Assembly (NCBI GenBank): GCA_032249395.1
Contig: JAVVFY010000001.1
Location: forward strand, 77,476 to 141,475
Direction: 5' to 3'
From: Candidatus Aenigmatarchaeota archaeon
GTDB taxonomy: Archaea > Aenigmatarchaeota > Aenigmatarchaeia > CG10238-14 > SpSt-28
Length of the DNA: 64,000 bases
Under the pieces are notes generated by a model. It was given only the letters and a program-made list of their open reading frames with translations. It did not search any database and was not told the DNA's origin. This document shows, piece after piece, positions 18,009-28,108 of this stretch (the stretch's first letter is position 1; the number at the start of each line of letters is the position of its first letter). Position numbers and translations under genes: made by a program.

Positions 18009-18341
18009 ATGGATTTTAAAGAAAAAACAATTGAAACTGTGGGGGTAAGAATCTATGTTGAGGAAAATGGTATAGAGATCGGAAGATGCTTCATCTACTT
18101 AATTAAAAATGATCTGCATGAAGAACCATATGCCTTGCTTGAAGATGTATATGTTGATGAGAATTTTAGAGGAAAAGGAATTGGAACGGAATTGGTGAAG
18201 AGGGCAATAGAACTTGCAAGAAAATTGAATTGTTACAAAATAATTGCAACAAGCAGGTTTGAAAGAGAAAATGTTCACGAATGGTATCAAAAACTAGGAT
18301 TTAAAAAATTTGGTTATGAGTTTAGAATGGATTTAAAGTGA
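18009..18341 (+). CDS. GNAT acetyltransferase (possible glucosamine-6-phosphate N-acetyltransferase)
   Basis: LEDVYVDENFRGKGIG, CYKII, WYQKLGF; directly follows glmS. Confidence 0.8.
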   Translation: MDFKEKTIETVGVRIYVEENGIEIGRCFIYLIKNDLHEEPYALLEDVYVDENFRGKGIGTELVKRAIELARKLNCYKIIATSRFERENVHEWYQKLGFKKFGYEFRMDLK

Positions 18342-19025
18342 GAAAAATACAGACAATAATTTTAGCTGTAGGAGAAGGAGTAAGATTAAGACCTTATACT
18401 CAATTAATTCCAAAGCCCCTGATGACTATAAATGGTATTCCCTTGTTAACTTTTCATATAGATAAATTAAACTCATTGGGAATTCCAAATGAAAAAATAA
18501 TTGTTGTTGTTTCACATCTGAAAGAAGAGGGATTGTGTTTTCTCAATAGATTTCATAAAAGAGTGAGAGTTGTTGCACAAGGGGAGAAAAAAGGTACAGC
18601 AGCTGCTGTAAGCTATGCAAAAAATCTTATCGACGATAATGAAATAGTAATTGTTTATATTGACATAATTTTTTAAGGCGATCTTAAAGATTTTATTCGA
18701 GAAGAAAATGCTATTGGTGTTTATGAAGTTGGAGAATGTTTCTCATTTGGGTTAAATAGTTTTAGAAGATGCTTATTTAAAGGAAATTAAATAAAAAGCT
18801 GAAACCGGAAGAGTATTCATATTTGTTGGCTTAGTTAAAACGAAAAGAGAATTCTTAGAAGAAGTAGATAAAGTTAAACGAAGTGAAAAAAGTGGAGAAT
18901 ATTATCTGAAGTATGCTATAGTGTCTTTTAATCAGAAACATATCTTCAAAATTTATTCATTAAAGGGAAGATGGTTTGATGTAGGAAAAGAAGAAAGTCT
19001 AATAAAAGCAAGAAGAGTTTTTAAT
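18338..19025 (+). pseudogene. Sugar-phosphate nucleotidyltransferase (GlmU/RmlA-like) pseudogene
   Basis: ILAVGEGVRLRP..PKPL, GTA; stop at 18674 then further stops/frameshifts; GEYYL and GRWFDVG remnants downstream. Confidence 0.8.
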
Positions 19026-19045
19026 TTTCTAGACAATTCTTTTAA

Positions 19046-19810
19046 ATGATTGATGTTCATTGCCATTTAGAACATGAAAAATTTAGAAACAATAAAGAGA
19101 TTATCCAATCTTTTAGAAAATATTTAAAAGCTATAATAACTTCTTCCCCACATCCAAAAGATTTCGAATATACACTAAATTTGAAAAAAGAGTTTGAAGG
19201 CTTTGTATTTGCATGCGTTGGTTTACATCCAGAATATATTGAAGAATTTTCTGAAGAAACTTTAGATAACTTTGAAGAATTTGTAAAGACTAACAAAAAC
19301 GATATAATTTCAATTGGTGAAATTGGCTTGGATTATTTTTGGATAAAAGATGAGAAATTGAGAGAAAAGCAAAAATGGTTGTTTGAAAAATTAATCGAAT
19401 TTGCAAAAAGTGTTAGCAAACCAATAACTGTTCATATAAGAGATGCTTACGAAGATGCATTAAAGATTTTGGAAGGTATAGACTATCAAAAGGTTCATCT
19501 TCACATGTTTGGAGGAGATAAATTTTTGGATAAAGTTCTTGCAAACGAATGGAAAATTTCAGTTGGACCGATACTGCTAAGAAGTAAAACTCATAAGAAA
19601 ATAGTAAAAAAATTACCATTAGAAAGAATAATGTTAGAAACCGATTCGCCTTGGATAAAAATAGATGGAAAGGAAAGCATGCCAATAGATGTTAAAATTG
19701 TTGCTGAAAAAATTGCTGAGGTGAAAAATGTTTCATTAGAAGAAGTAGAAAGAAAAACTGATGAAAATGCAATTTCTCTGTTTAAATTAGAGCTACTTTA
19801 CAAGCCCTAA
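19046..19810 (+). CDS. tatD: TatD-family nuclease
   Basis: DVHCHL, GLHP, IGEIGLD, HIRDA, LETDSP. Confidence 0.92.
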   Translation: MIDVHCHLEHEKFRNNKEIIQSFRKYLKAIITSSPHPKDFEYTLNLKKEFEGFVFACVGLHPEYIEEFSEETLDNFEEFVKTNKNDIISIGEIGLDYFWIKDEKLREKQKWLFEKLIEFAKSVSKPITVHIRDAYEDALKILEGIDYQKVHLHMFGGDKFLDKVLANEWKISVGPILLRSKTHKKIVKKLPLERIMLETDSPWIKIDGKESMPIDVKIVAEKIAEVKNVSLEEVERKTDENAISLFKLELLYKP

Positions 19811-20488
19811 ATTTTTCAATCCTTCAATTATTTTCTCCACAATTATTTCTGGTGGTCTATTCATCCAAACCTCAACAAAAGGAACTTTATTTTTTCTCTT
19901 TCTTTCATAATACTCCAAAACAGGCTTGCTTTGCTCTTCGTAAATTCTCAATCTCTCTTTAACAACTTCTGGCTTATCATCCTCTCTTTGAATCAGAGGC
20001 GAACCACATTTATCACACTTCATATCTTCTTTTGGCAACAAGGGAGGTAGTATGTATTCTATCCCATCTATCGTTTTATGAATATCGGCAATATTGTAAT
20101 TGCCGTCACATTTCGGATTTGAGCAAATTCTTCTGCCGGAAATTTTTTCTATTAAAACCTCCGGATGGGCGTTAATTTTTATTATTGCATCTATTTTTAC
20201 CATCTTGTCTAAAGCTTTGGCTTGTTTAACAGTTCTAGGGAAACCATCAAGTATGAAATTATTTAAATTCTTTATTTTTTCTTTAACCACTTCTATAACT
20301 ATTTCATCTGGAACTAATTCTCCTTTTTTCAGATAATCTTCTACTTTTCTCCCCAATTCACTTCCTTTTTTCACTTCCTCTCTAAAAATATCTCCAGTTG
20401 AAATTTTTTCTAAGCCAAACCTTTCTTTTAGATGAGAAGAATAAGTTCCTTTTCCTGAACCGGGGGGACCAAAAATTATTAACTTCAT
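19793..20488 (-). CDS. adk: Adenylate kinase (bacterial type with zinc LID)
   Basis: GPPGSGKGT, STGDIFR, LDGFPRT, QREDD. Confidence 0.92.
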   Translation of the reverse strand: MKLIIFGPPGSGKGTYSSHLKERFGLEKISTGDIFREEVKKGSELGRKVEDYLKKGELVPDEIVIEVVKEKIKNLNNFILDGFPRTVKQAKALDKMVKIDAIIKINAHPEVLIEKISGRRICSNPKCDGNYNIADIHKTIDGIEYILPPLLPKEDMKCDKCGSPLIQREDDKPEVVKERLRIYEEQSKPVLEYYERKRKNKVPFVEVWMNRPPEIIVEKIIEGLKNLGLVK

Positions 20489-20627
20489 TACAAATATTAA
20501 TTCAGTGCTTAAAAATTTTATCTGTTTTGAAAAAATAAGAACGACGTCTGTTGTATAGATACACCTGATTTTCAATTTTCATCTTCTAACTTTCTTTGCT
20601 TATTAAATTCTTAGCAACAAAGAAAAT

Positions 20628-20762
20628 TCAAGTTTTAGTGAATTCAGTATAATGACATTTTCCACAATACCATCTGTTTACATGTTTAGCCATTATGCTG
20701 TTACATTTTGGGCATCTTTTATTGCTTAGCGCTTTGCTCACTTTTGACTGGCTATGTTTCAA
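20628..20762 (-). CDS. rps27ae: 30S ribosomal protein S27ae (eS31), short form
   Basis: Manually read: TTG start after GAGGTGA; ...[27 protein letters not shown]; follows S24e. Confidence 0.85.
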   Translation of the reverse strand: MKHSQSKVSKALSNKRCPKCNSIMAKHVNRWYCGKCHYTEFTKT

Positions 20763-21003
20763 CTTTCTTCACCTCTACATTTTCATCGTAAATTTTTGCT
20801 TTTATTAAACTTTCAGCTAAACCAACTTTAGAAAGGATAAAGTCTATTTTTATTTGAGACTCGTCTACTTTAAACTTCTCCTTTAAGAAATTTTTTATTG
20901 TTTCTTTTGATGGTGTTGCTTCATTTTCATGTCTGACTAAAATTTTTAGTTCTCTTCTTTTCAAGAAGGGATTATATTTCTCTTCTTGAATTGTTATCTC
21001 CAT
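20752..21003 (-). CDS. rps24e: 30S ribosomal protein S24e
   Basis: [25 protein letters not shown]. Confidence 0.9.
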   Translation of the reverse strand: MEITIQEEKYNPFLKRRELKILVRHENEATPSKETIKNFLKEKFKVDESQIKIDFILSKVGLAESLIKAKIYDENVEVKKVET

Positions 21004-21007
21004 TTTC

Positions 21008-21193
21008 TCAACCCACATATATAGCATATCTTCCTTTTTCTTTAATTTCCAACGTCTTTGCGATTTCACTTTCCGGATCTAAAATTATTAAAGAACCCTT
21101 CCAACTTGTTGTTAAATCTGTAGACCCACAGTATGGGCAAACTTTTTCTGTTGTTATTCTTTTGCATTTTCTACAAGCTTGTAATCTTTTCAT
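21008..21193 (-). CDS. spt4: Transcription elongation factor Spt4 (RpoE'')
   Basis: ACRKC..CPYCG..WKG..GRYA. Confidence 0.92.
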   Translation of the reverse strand: MKRLQACRKCKRITTEKVCPYCGSTDLTTSWKGSLIILDPESEIAKTLEIKEKGRYAIYVG

Positions 21194-21198
21194 GTTTA

Positions 21199-21729
21199 TC
21201 ACTTCCTCTTAAACCAATGTAAAGCCCCTAAGCCTTGTTGCCTCATTGTTAATCCAATCTTATTTTGTTCTTTCCATGAAATAGAAATTATCCTAGCTAA
21301 AACTTTATCGCCAATTTTCAAAGTCTTTTTTGTTTGCTTACCAAGGAATACAGAATTTTTTTTGTCGAAAGAAACATAATCATCCATCAATTGAGAAATG
21401 TGAACCAAACCATCTATAGGCCCAATCCTAATGAAAGAACCAAAATCTACATTATCAACAACTTCCCCTATTACTAGCTCATGCAATTCTGGTTTAAAGA
21501 CCAGCATTTTAAAAGTCGTTTGGTAATAAACGTTAGGGTCTGCTGGATAAATTTTTCCTTCTTCAATTTTATCTATCGAAACCAAAGATAGAAAAATCAA
21601 ACCGCTTTTTGGATCAATTTTCCCTTCTAAACTTTCTTCTATCGCTTTTTCTATCGCTTCTCTAGCGGACAAACCAAGTTTTTCTGGGGTTACTTTAATT
21701 TTTTCCTTAATTGTAACTATTTTATACAT
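21199..21729 (-). CDS. rpoE1: RNA polymerase subunit Rpo7 (E')
   Basis: FGSFIRIGPIDGLVHISQ, IGLTMRQ.GLG. Confidence 0.95.
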   Translation of the reverse strand: MYKIVTIKEKIKVTPEKLGLSAREAIEKAIEESLEGKIDPKSGLIFLSLVSIDKIEEGKIYPADPNVYYQTTFKMLVFKPELHELVIGEVVDNVDFGSFIRIGPIDGLVHISQLMDDYVSFDKKNSVFLGKQTKKTLKIGDKVLARIISISWKEQNKIGLTMRQQGLGALHWFKRK

Positions 21730-21734
21730 TCTAA

Positions 21735-22259
21735 TCAACCAAACTTCTTTTTATAAGCTTCTTTTGCTTTTTCAATAATTTCTTTCGCTTTTTCCACACC
21801 TTGCCACTCTTTAAACTTAACAAATTTTCCTGGTTCTAGTCTCTTGTAACTCTCGAAGAAATCTTGAATTTCCTTTTTCAAATGTTCATTCAAATCGTCT
21901 ATTGATTTAATATTCTTAAATCTCGGATCCTTTACAGGAACAGCGACAATTTTATCATCAATTCCTTTTTCATCCTCCATTATTATAACTCCTATTGGTC
22001 TTGCCTTAACTACACAACCAGGAAAGGTTGGATAGGTTGTTAGCAAAACAACATCAACAGGATCTTCATCTTCGTGCCAAGTTCTTGGAATAAAACCATA
22101 ATCAAACGGCCAGAAAACCGGAGAATATAAAACTCTATCTAAAGAAAAATATCCCTTTTCATTGTCATATTCAATTTTATTGGAGCTTCCTTTCACATTT
22201 TCAACAACAACATTTATTTCCTCGCTACTGCCAGCATCAATATCGTGCATAAGATTCAT
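21735..22259 (-). CDS. ppa: Inorganic pyrophosphatase
   Basis: LDRVLYS, YGFIPRT, DEDPVD, DDK. Confidence 0.95.
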   Translation of the reverse strand: MNLMHDIDAGSSEEINVVVENVKGSSNKIEYDNEKGYFSLDRVLYSPVFWPFDYGFIPRTWHEDEDPVDVVLLTTYPTFPGCVVKARPIGVIIMEDEKGIDDKIVAVPVKDPRFKNIKSIDDLNEHLKKEIQDFFESYKRLEPGKFVKFKEWQGVEKAKEIIEKAKEAYKKKFG

Positions 22260-22637
22260 TCACATCACCTCTATCTTCTTTTTATTTCTTAGACAAATAA
22301 TTCTTACATTTTCCTTTTTTAATTTCTCCTTTAAATCTTTATCGTTAGTGGCAACAATAAAACCTTCTTTTTTCGCTAACTCAAGCAAATCTTCATCGAC
22401 TTCCTTTTTTAAAGATTGAACAATCTTAATTTTTTGAGTTTCTATTAGCTTTAAAACAACTATAGCCAATCTTCCCTCTTTCGTTTTTCTATTTGCCATT
22501 GATGTTATCTCTCTCAAAGTTTCTGAACTTATGAATAGCTCTACACTTTCATCAAGTTCTTGAAAGATTGAAAAATCTAATTTATAACGAAGCATATCTA
22601 GCAAAAAGTTTGTATCAAGCAAAATTTTTAATGTCAT
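22260..22637 (-). CDS. PIN-domain protein (Fcf1/Utp24-like)
   Basis: LLDTNFL, VD, VATND; conserved position next to aIF2-gamma. Confidence 0.85.
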   Translation of the reverse strand: MTLKILLDTNFLLDMLRYKLDFSIFQELDESVELFISSETLREITSMANRKTKEGRLAIVVLKLIETQKIKIVQSLKKEVDEDLLELAKKEGFIVATNDKDLKEKLKKENVRIICLRNKKKIEVM

Positions 22638-22671
22638 TAAACTATTTAAATGCCAAAAATAAGAAAATTTT

Positions 22672-23061
22672 ATGAAAGGTATAAGCGATGTAATTGCTAT
22701 GCTTTTGATGCTAGTAATAACAATTGGACTAGTGGGGCTAGCTTATTCTTATATTAGTGGAGTTTTTACATCAAAGACGGCAGTAGTTTTAAGCATAGTA
22801 CCTGAGGCTTCATCTTGCACGCCAAGCACTCTAAACATTGCGGTAAGAAATGACGGAACTACTGCTTCTGGAGGTGTTACCGTTACTGTTACTAGCCCAG
22901 GTGGAGCTTCTGGAAGCTGTAGTATTGCAAGCATTCAGCCTGGTCAGCAAGCAAGTTGTAGTGTAAGTAGAGGTACTACCCTAACAGGTTCTGGTTATTA
23001 TAGAATTGTAGCTACCACAAGTGGTTCAACAGCAAATGGAATAGTATATTGCGCTTCTTAA
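22672..23061 (+). CDS. Archaeal type IV pilin, copy 1
   Basis: Class III signal MKG|ISDVIAMLLMLVITIGLVG; S/T/G-rich body. Confidence 0.88.
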   Translation: MKGISDVIAMLLMLVITIGLVGLAYSYISGVFTSKTAVVLSIVPEASSCTPSTLNIAVRNDGTTASGGVTVTVTSPGGASGSCSIASIQPGQQASCSVSRGTTLTGSGYYRIVATTSGSTANGIVYCAS

Positions 23062-23259
23062 GTCTCTTTTTTATTTTTTATTAACAACGTTTTCATATCT
23101 AGATTTTCTTATTTTTATGGTTTGTAAATTTTCATAATTAAGAAATTATGCAAGAAGTGACGGAACTACTGCTTCAGTACCATCTAACATAAATTGACTG
23201 TGCCTAATAGGATTCTCAATGTCATTAAACTATTTAAATGCCAAAAATAAGAAAATTTT

Positions 23260-23649
23260 ATGAAAGGTATAAGCGATGTAATTGCTATGCTTTTGATGCT
23301 AGTAATAACAATTGGACTAGTGGGGCTAGCTTATTCTTATATTAGTGGAGTTTTTACATCAAAGACGGCAGTAGTTTTAAGCATAGTACCTGAGGCTTCA
23401 TCTTGCACGCCAAGCACTCTAAACATTGCGGTAAGAAATGACGGAACTACTGCTTCTGGAGGTGTTACCGTTACTGTTACTAGCCCAGGTGGAGCTTCTG
23501 GAAGCTGTAGTATTGCAAGCATTCAGCCTGGTCAGCAAGCAAGTTGTAGTGTAAGTAGAGGTACTACCCTAACAGGTTCTGGTTATTATAGAATTGTAGC
23601 TACCACAAGTGGTTCAACAGCAAATGGAATGGTATATTGTGCTTCTTAA
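23260..23649 (+). CDS. Archaeal type IV pilin, copy 2
   Basis: Identical to copy 1 except I->M near the C-terminus. Confidence 0.88.
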   Translation: MKGISDVIAMLLMLVITIGLVGLAYSYISGVFTSKTAVVLSIVPEASSCTPSTLNIAVRNDGTTASGGVTVTVTSPGGASGSCSIASIQPGQQASCSVSRGTTLTGSGYYRIVATTSGSTANGMVYCAS

Positions 23650-23767
23650 ATTTAATATTTTTCGTTTTTTTTATCTATCTATTTTAAATTATGTATGAAG
23701 GAGGTTTCGGAAATACTCTCTTATCTTTTTTTGTAAATAAATAGACCTCGGAGTTGTAAAAATCTTT

Positions 23768-26554
23768 TTATCCTAAAATTCCATAACCAACTAATCTCCA
23801 TCTTCCAGCAACTTGCCTCAAAACAGCTATTTTTGTTTTTACACCTTGTTCAAATATCAGTGGAATGCTCAACTGACAACTTATAAAGTTCTTTCTTGCT
23901 TCTTTAACAACACCAACACTTCTTTGATTTGCTAAATGAATCAAAATCTTTTCCCCAATTTTTATTGGAGGCAAAGCTTGAATTTCTCTAGCTCCATAAA
24001 CTCTCTCAAACTCGAAATACTCAAAACTTATTTCATGAGTCTCTTTTGGCAATGTTCCCTTCAAACCAACAACACTTCCAACTAGACCATCAGCTTTCGT
24101 TAAGCTTGGATCTAGTTTTGTTAGAACACCAAGCAATCCTCCTGGACCAGCTTCTTTTATATCTTTATTAGCTTTTCTCAATCCAACAATTTCAGTTTCT
24201 AAAGGCTGATATTTATTTTCAATTTTTATTCCAGGTTTAATTTCTATATTGTCGCCAACTTTAAGTCTTCCTTCAACAACACTTCCCCCTAAAATTCCAC
24301 CAACAATTTTATCTATCTCTGTCCCTGGTTTATTAACATCAAAGCTTCTTATAACTAAAAACTTTGGATTTTTAGTTTCATCTCTTTTTGGTGTTGGTAT
24401 ATACTTCTCTATAGCTTCAAAAACTCTATCAATGTTAACTCTTTGAGTAGAAGAAACAGGAATTATTGGAGCATTTTCCGCAATTGTTCCTTTCACAAAT
24501 TCCTTAATCTCTTGATAATTCTTCAAAGCTTGTTCTTTTGTTATAGTATCAATTTTTGTTTGAACAATAACAATTTTATCAATACCAACAATTTCCAATG
24601 CTTTCAAATGCTCAACAGTTTGAGGTTGTGGGCATTTTTCATTCGCAGCAATAACAAGTAAAGCACCATCTATAACACCAGCTCCCGTTAGAACAGTTGC
24701 TGTTAGAATTTCATGACCAGGAGAATCCACAAAACTAACAGTCCTTTGAATTTCTGTATCTGCAAAACAAAAAGGACATTTCTTGCTGTTAGAATATCTT
24801 CCACATTGAGGACATTTATAAATTGTAGCATCAGCGTATCCAAGCTTTATAGTTATTCCTCTTTTCAATTCTTCAGAATGTTGCAAGGTAAGCTTTCCTG
24901 TTAAAGCTTGAACTAAAACTGTATTGTGCAGAAGGAAGAAACCTAAACCTCCAAAGAAAGTGTGAGTTTGGGGAACACTCAAATCAAAAATTATTTCATC
25001 TTTCACTTCTTCATACTCAACTTTCTTAACTTTTTCCACTCTCAAACTACCAAAGTAAAGAGTTTTAATCCTTTGTATTTCTTCTTTAGCCTCCCTTATT
25101 TTTTCATTCAAATAATTCCTAAGCAATTTCAAAGCTTTCTTGTCTTTTCTCTTAACCATTCTCGAGAAAGAAGTAGGTGGTATATTAGTAGTTATTGCTA
25201 CCTTCCTGAGCGGAACGACTTTTTCTAAATCTTCGTCTTTTAAACTACCCAAAAATTTAATTCTTTCTTCAACAAACTCGATAATTCTTTCTAGCAACTC
25301 ATAGGTGATTCTCCCTTTTTTCCTGACCTCCTCTATTGCTTTGTAAATCTTTTGCTTCTTAAATCCGTCACCTTTTCTTTTATCGTTAATAAGAAGGAAA
25401 GTTAACCTCTTAATGTTTTCTTTATCCATTTTTATAGAGTCGTATGTTTTCATTCTTGTCTTATGATTTTCAAAAAGTTCTAAAAGTTGTAAAGCCTTTA
25501 ACTTCTTTTTTCCCTCCAGCCCTATTTCTTTTAGAAACTTTTCTGCCTCTTTACCATATAATGCCAACCTGAAATATTCTTTACCCTTAACTTTCCTCTT
25601 ATAAATTTTAGGAAATATTCCAAATTCATATAAAGAAATTAAGATGAAATTAACCAAAGTTTGAGATACTTGAGACAGTTCTATCCCTCTAGCCTTGAGG
25701 TTTATATGCCCGTCTAAAGAGAAAAACCACTTAAGATAAGTTTTTCTGAGTTCTTTTGGTAAATATAAAAACCAACCCTTTAAGCTTTTGCTACTTCCCC
25801 CCAAGATCTTCTTAAAATAATAGAAAGCTATTTTAGGTTGTATTATGTAGTCTTTCCCCTTTTCCAAATGAAAAGAATAACCTAGTGAGCTTAAATATTC
25901 TAACACTTCAGTTAGCATTTCCTTTTCTTCTTTTTGAGATAACATCAATCTCTTTCCTACATGTCCTTCTGCATTAATGAAGGCCAACAATTTTACAAAA
26001 TCTTCATCCAATTTAAATCCCTTTACTTTTGCTTTCTTACCATTCTTAAAAACAATCTTGTAAAACTCTCCATCTTTTTCCAATATCTTACAAAACTCCT
26101 TTATGTTTTCCTCGAAGTCTATTTGCTTCTGAGCTTCCTGAATATTTGAATTTAAATTTATCCTTCCGAGCACAAAAACCTCATCTCCTTCTTTAATTTC
26201 TGATGCTCTTCTCCATTCACATCTACCATTCTCGTGAACTAAAAGAGGATGATCTGGCGAAACTTCCACCTCTCTTCCATTAGAGGTTGTGATTTTTACA
26301 AGCTTACCAGAATACCTTTGAAAGAATCTTTTAGCTTCGCCCACATATATTTTCCCATTGTCATCCAATGTATATGTCCTTATTTTGTCATTTTCTAGAT
26401 AAACCTCATCTTTAAAATTAGGAATACCTGTTAGCAACTCTTTACCAGTCAAAATTTCGTTGTTTAGCAAAATAGGTGTATTTATTCTTACACACTTCCC
26501 ATGGCTTACGTGACCCAAGACGCCTATGTTAACCTCTGGTAATTCTTTGTCCAT
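23768..26554 (-). CDS. eif2g: Translation initiation factor aIF2 gamma, intein-containing
   Basis: GHVSHGK|intein|TVLVQALTG, EELKRGITIKLGY, DSPGHE, QPQT.EH, RSFDVNKPG, WRLVGYG. Confidence 0.95.
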   Translation of the reverse strand: MDKELPEVNIGVLGHVSHGKCVRINTPILLNNEILTGKELLTGIPNFKDEVYLENDKIRTYTLDDNGKIYVGEAKRFFQRYSGKLVKITTSNGREVEVSPDHPLLVHENGRCEWRRASEIKEGDEVFVLGRINLNSNIQEAQKQIDFEENIKEFCKILEKDGEFYKIVFKNGKKAKVKGFKLDEDFVKLLAFINAEGHVGKRLMLSQKEEKEMLTEVLEYLSSLGYSFHLEKGKDYIIQPKIAFYYFKKILGGSSKSLKGWFLYLPKELRKTYLKWFFSLDGHINLKARGIELSQVSQTLVNFILISLYEFGIFPKIYKRKVKGKEYFRLALYGKEAEKFLKEIGLEGKKKLKALQLLELFENHKTRMKTYDSIKMDKENIKRLTFLLINDKRKGDGFKKQKIYKAIEEVRKKGRITYELLERIIEFVEERIKFLGSLKDEDLEKVVPLRKVAITTNIPPTSFSRMVKRKDKKALKLLRNYLNEKIREAKEEIQRIKTLYFGSLRVEKVKKVEYEEVKDEIIFDLSVPQTHTFFGGLGFFLLHNTVLVQALTGKLTLQHSEELKRGITIKLGYADATIYKCPQCGRYSNSKKCPFCFADTEIQRTVSFVDSPGHEILTATVLTGAGVIDGALLVIAANEKCPQPQTVEHLKALEIVGIDKIVIVQTKIDTITKEQALKNYQEIKEFVKGTIAENAPIIPVSSTQRVNIDRVFEAIEKYIPTPKRDETKNPKFLVIRSFDVNKPGTEIDKIVGGILGGSVVEGRLKVGDNIEIKPGIKIENKYQPLETEIVGLRKANKDIKEAGPGGLLGVLTKLDPSLTKADGLVGSVVGLKGTLPKETHEISFEYFEFERVYGAREIQALPPIKIGEKILIHLANQRSVGVVKEARKNFISCQLSIPLIFEQGVKTKIAVLRQVAGRWRLVGYGILG
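24923..26494 (-). mobile_element. Intein (524 aa) with LAGLIDADG endonuclease in the aIF2-gamma P-loop
   Basis: Starts CVRINT; block B VSPDHPLL; LAFINAEG and FFSLDG endonuclease motifs; ends FDLSV...LLHN before T. Confidence 0.93.
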
Positions 26555-26604
26555 CTTAAATAATCAAAATCCAAAGTTTTAAACTTTAGCAAAAAATAAC
26601 TTTA

Positions 26605-28080
26605 ATGGAAAAAACGCTAGAGCAAATAAGAGCAGAAAGGTTGAGAAAACTTGAAGAGTTAAGAAAACTTGGTTTAGATCCTTTTGCTATAACAAAATAT
26701 GATAAAAAGGAAAATCTAAAAGAGATTAAAGAGAGATTTGGAGAAAAGTTGAAAGCTGGAGAAAAATTAGAAAATGAAAAAGTTTCTACTGCCGGAAGAA
26801 TCTTAGCAATAAGAGAACATGGTAAAGCGAGTTTTGCCGATTTGTTTGACGGAGAAAAAATTCAAATTTGGTTCGATGAATCAACTCTTAGAGAAAAATA
26901 CCAACTTTTCAAAAAGTATGTTGATATTGGAGATATTATTGGAGTAAAGGGATTTCCTTTCAAGACTATGAGAGGAGAATTAACAATTTGGGTAGAAGAT
27001 TTCCAAATATTAGCAAAATCTTTAAGGCCTCTGCCATCAAAATGGTACGGATTGAAAGATGAAGATTTGAGGTACAGAATGAGATATGTTGATTTAATTG
27101 TCAATCCAAGAGCTCGAGAAATTTTGTTAACAAGAGCAAAAATTGTTAAAGCAATGAGAGAATTTCTGGAAAGCAAAGGGTTTGTTGAAATAGAAACTCC
27201 AATTTTGCAGCCAATTTATGGTGGAGCTTTTGCGAAACCATTCATCACTCATCATAACGCTTTAGATATGGATTTGTATTTGAGAATATCTGATGAGCTA
27301 TATTTGAAAAGATTGATTGTTGGTGGCATAGAAAAAGTATATGAGATTGGAAGAGATTTTAGGAATGAAGGAATAGATACAAAGCACAATCCAGAATTTA
27401 CGATGATGGAATGCTACTGGGCTTATGCTGATTACAATGATATAATGAAATTGACTGAAGAAATGATTGCTTACATTGCTGAAAAAGCTATTGGCAAATT
27501 GGAAATAGAATATGCGGGACATAAAATAAACTTGAAACCACCTTGGAAGAGAATTAGAATGGTTGATGCTGTAAAAGAAGAAGGAATAGATGTAGAAAAA
27601 TTGAGTAGAGAAGAGTTAATCGAAATAGCAAAAGAGAAAAAATTAGAAGTCAACGAGAATTTTAGTAAAGGTGATTTAATCAATTTGTTTTTTGAAGAGT
27701 TAGTTCAACCAAAATTGATACAACCAACTTTTGTTTATGAATATCCAATAGAAATTTCTCCTCTTGCAAAGAAAAAAAGAGACAATCCGAATTTTGTTGA
27801 GAGGTTTGAAGGTTTTATTGCTGGTATGGAAGTTGCAAATGCTTTTTCTGAATTAAATGATCCAATAGATCAAAAAGAAAGGTTTTTAGAACAAGCGAAA
27901 AGAAGAGGTTCCGGCTTAGAATATCATGAAATGGATGAAGATTTTATTAGAGCATTAGAATATGGAATGCCTCCTACTGGCGGATTGGGAATTGGTATAG
28001 ATAGGTTAACGATGATTTTGACAAATGTTCAATCGATAAGAGAAGTTATTGCATTTCCAACTTTAAGACCGGAAAAATGA
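26605..28080 (+). CDS. lysS: Lysine--tRNA ligase, class II
   Basis: [37 protein letters not shown]. Confidence 0.96.
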   Translation: MEKTLEQIRAERLRKLEELRKLGLDPFAITKYDKKENLKEIKERFGEKLKAGEKLENEKVSTAGRILAIREHGKASFADLFDGEKIQIWFDESTLREKYQLFKKYVDIGDIIGVKGFPFKTMRGELTIWVEDFQILAKSLRPLPSKWYGLKDEDLRYRMRYVDLIVNPRAREILLTRAKIVKAMREFLESKGFVEIETPILQPIYGGAFAKPFITHHNALDMDLYLRISDELYLKRLIVGGIEKVYEIGRDFRNEGIDTKHNPEFTMMECYWAYADYNDIMKLTEEMIAYIAEKAIGKLEIEYAGHKINLKPPWKRIRMVDAVKEEGIDVEKLSREELIEIAKEKKLEVNENFSKGDLINLFFEELVQPKLIQPTFVYEYPIEISPLAKKKRDNPNFVERFEGFIAGMEVANAFSELNDPIDQKERFLEQAKRRGSGLEYHEMDEDFIRALEYGMPPTGGLGIGIDRLTMILTNVQSIREVIAFPTLRPEK

Positions 28081-28108
28081 GTTTAAAGTAAAATTTCGAA
28101 TAAAAATT

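Larger units (their letters stand above)
22630..23649 (+). repeat. Near-identical direct repeats, ~22630-23061 and ~23218-23649 (period 588 nt)
   Basis: Upstream ~42 nt plus the pilin CDS are duplicated; differences seen only near the 3' end (ATA/ATG, TGC/TGT). Confidence 0.9.
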
